64,000 bases of DNA, from positions 6,492-70,491 of the forward strand of contig NZ_JAUYNB010000031.1 in NCBI RefSeq assembly GCF_030699305.1, written 5' to 3'. The notes under the pieces were generated by a model, which was given only the letters and a program-made list of their open reading frames with translations, made no database searches and was not told the DNA's origin. Position 1 is the stretch's first letter. Every line of letters begins with the position of its first letter. This stretch comes from Novosphingobium sp. (GTDB lineage: Bacteria > Pseudomonadota > Alphaproteobacteria > Sphingomonadales > Sphingomonadaceae). This document shows positions 62,892 through 64,000 of the stretch, piece by piece. The position numbers and the translations under genes were made by a program.

Positions 62892-63880
62892 TTGCTTTCC
62901 GCCTCCCTGGCCAGCCGCTTGGCGAGGCGATCGCTCCCCCCGGCGGCATAGGCGATGCAGGCGCGCGGCTGGGCGAGCGCTGCCCTGCCGGAAAGCCGTT
63001 CCAGCAGGGCGCTGCCACCCGGATGCGGGGTCAGCAGTACGTCGCACGGCAAGGCCTCGATCACACGCAGCCCGGCGCGGGCTGCCTCGATCCGGTCCGG
63101 GTGGGCGGTAAAATGGTAATCGTCGGCGGAAATCGTGTTCGTGGAATCCGCATAGGCCACCGTCAGGCACTGGTCCGCTGCGCAGCTTTGCCAGGTCCAG
63201 CTGGTCGATCCGGGCGAATGAGTGGGGTTGGCGTGGAGGGTGAAGCGTGTTCCGCCCACCACCAGCGCGCCGCCATGGCGCAGCGTGCGGTCGACCCGGA
63301 CGGGGGCCATCGGATATTTCGCCAGCCAAGTCGCTTGCGGGTCGTGTGCATCGGCCTGACCGTTGCGCATCGCAGCGGCCGCGTCCTCACCCACGGCCAG
63401 CCGCGCGCCGGTCGCCCGCTGGATCGCAGCCATGCCGCCGACATGGTCGAAATGTTCATGCGTCATCAGCAGCCATTTGACCTGCCGGGGCTCGAACCCC
63501 AGCGCCCGGATATTGGCGAGCACGTGCGGCGCGGCCTCTTCCGGGCCGGTATCGATCAGCACCAGCCCGGCAGCGGTTTCGACCAGCACCACGGTGATCC
63601 CGCACGTGCCGACATACCAGCTGCGGCCATGGATATGCGTCGGCGGAGCCGGATCGGACCAGCCGTCACGCCCCGCGCAGGCCCCCGCGATGTCCTTGCT
63701 GGCACCCGGCGGGCTCGCCAGCGGGGCGGGGGCGGCGCCGAGCAGCAGCGCAAGGGCAAGACCGCTCACCACCCCCCGGCCCCCTCCTCTGAAGAGGAGG
63801 GGGAGTCGAGAGCGCCGCCGTGAAGCCCCATCCTCTTCAGAGGAGGGGGTTTTGGGGTGGTGGGGGGCGTCAGCGAACAT
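62888..63880 (-). CDS. Subclass B3 metallo-beta-lactamase
   Basis: GWSDPAPP..WYVGTCGI, LIDTG, THEHFDHVGG (HxHxDH), THSPGS, LLTPHP; signal peptide; start uncertain (63880 or a GTG near 63769). Confidence 0.88.
   Translation of the reverse strand: MFADAPHHPKTPSSEEDGASRRRSRLPLLFRGGGRGVVSGLALALLLGAAPAPLASPPGASKDIAGACAGRDGWSDPAPPTHIHGRSWYVGTCGITVVLVETAAGLVLIDTGPEEAAPHVLANIRALGFEPRQVKWLLMTHEHFDHVGGMAAIQRATGARLAVGEDAAAAMRNGQADAHDPQATWLAKYPMAPVRVDRTLRHGGALVVGGTRFTLHANPTHSPGSTSWTWQSCAADQCLTVAYADSTNTISADDYHFTAHPDRIEAARAGLRVIEALPCDVLLTPHPGGSALLERLSGRAALAQPRACIAYAAGGSDRLAKRLAREAESK
63767..63863. repeat. Solo palindrome doublet of the DUF559-associated family (R6 63780-63803, R7 63826-63849)
   Basis: CACCACCCCCCGG-CCCCCTCCTCTGAAGAGGAGGGGG-22 bp-CCCCATCCTCTTCAGAGGAGGGGG-TTTTGGGGTGGTGG. 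Confidence 0.92.
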
Positions 63881-64000
63881 AGCTCGCCCCGTTGGCATCC
63901 AGCACTGCGCCGGTCATGCTTTCCGGCGCATCGAGGCCGCAGAACGTGGCGATGGCGGCAATCTCGTCCGGAGTCGCCACCCGGCCCAGCGGAATGTCGG
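63870..64000 (-). CDS. SDR oxidoreductase, C-terminal fragment
   Basis: Manual translation DIPLGRVATPDEIAAIATFCGLDAPESMTGAVLDANGASYVR*. Confidence 0.85.
   Translation of the reverse strand, partial: DIPLGRVATPDEIAAIATFCGLDAPESMTGAVLDANGASYVR

Noticed and set aside
61947-63329. 460-aa PrmA with a long N-terminal extension from the ORF track
   Set aside because: The extension is an alternative frame of the beta-lactamase gene; the real start is MTSWK at 62891 (ATGA overlap)

Overview
High-GC alphaproteobacterial chromosome segment. Gene content and protein style suggest Sphingomonadales, probably Novosphingobium-like (inference). From left to right: (1) a queuosine-precursor transporter fragment and tRNA-Arg(UCU); (2) a ~15 kb pectin/oligogalacturonate utilisation locus (ExuT-like MFS, FAH-family hydratase, LacI regulator, kduI-kduD-kdgK, two Tat-exported esterases, cupin, PL1 pectate lyase, TonB receptor, GH43) with five copies of a 14-bp LacI-type operator; (3) NUDIX, an ORF-less sigma54-type transcription unit (candidate sRNA), grxD-bolA, leuCD with an unlisted small ORF, crtZ and sufE; (4) an expanded sigma54 psp operon with four extra PspB/C-like paralogues, and pspF; (5) the rimP-nusA-infB-rbfA...truB(frameshifted)-rpsO-pnp region; (6) a DUF3142 two-gene module, a diguanylate cyclase, gcrA, bamD, an Rrf2/YezD/TonB sulfur-type module and a PlcP/Agt-like lipid-remodelling pair with a Pho-box-like array; (7) recN-DUF559-ligA, where the nuclease gene is bracketed by GC-rich palindromic repeats that recur elsewhere in the window, and where the 3' third of ligA plus a BRCT gene form a low-GC replacement cassette; (8) cinA, a TPR/beta-barrel protein, prmA and a subclass B3 metallo-beta-lactamase. 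Top leads are the DUF559-palindrome (REP-like) element family, the swapped ligA C-terminus/BRCT cassette and the sigma54 repeat-containing sRNA candidate. No CRISPR array, integrase or transposase was seen. All family assignments come from motif recognition by eye; no database searches were run.
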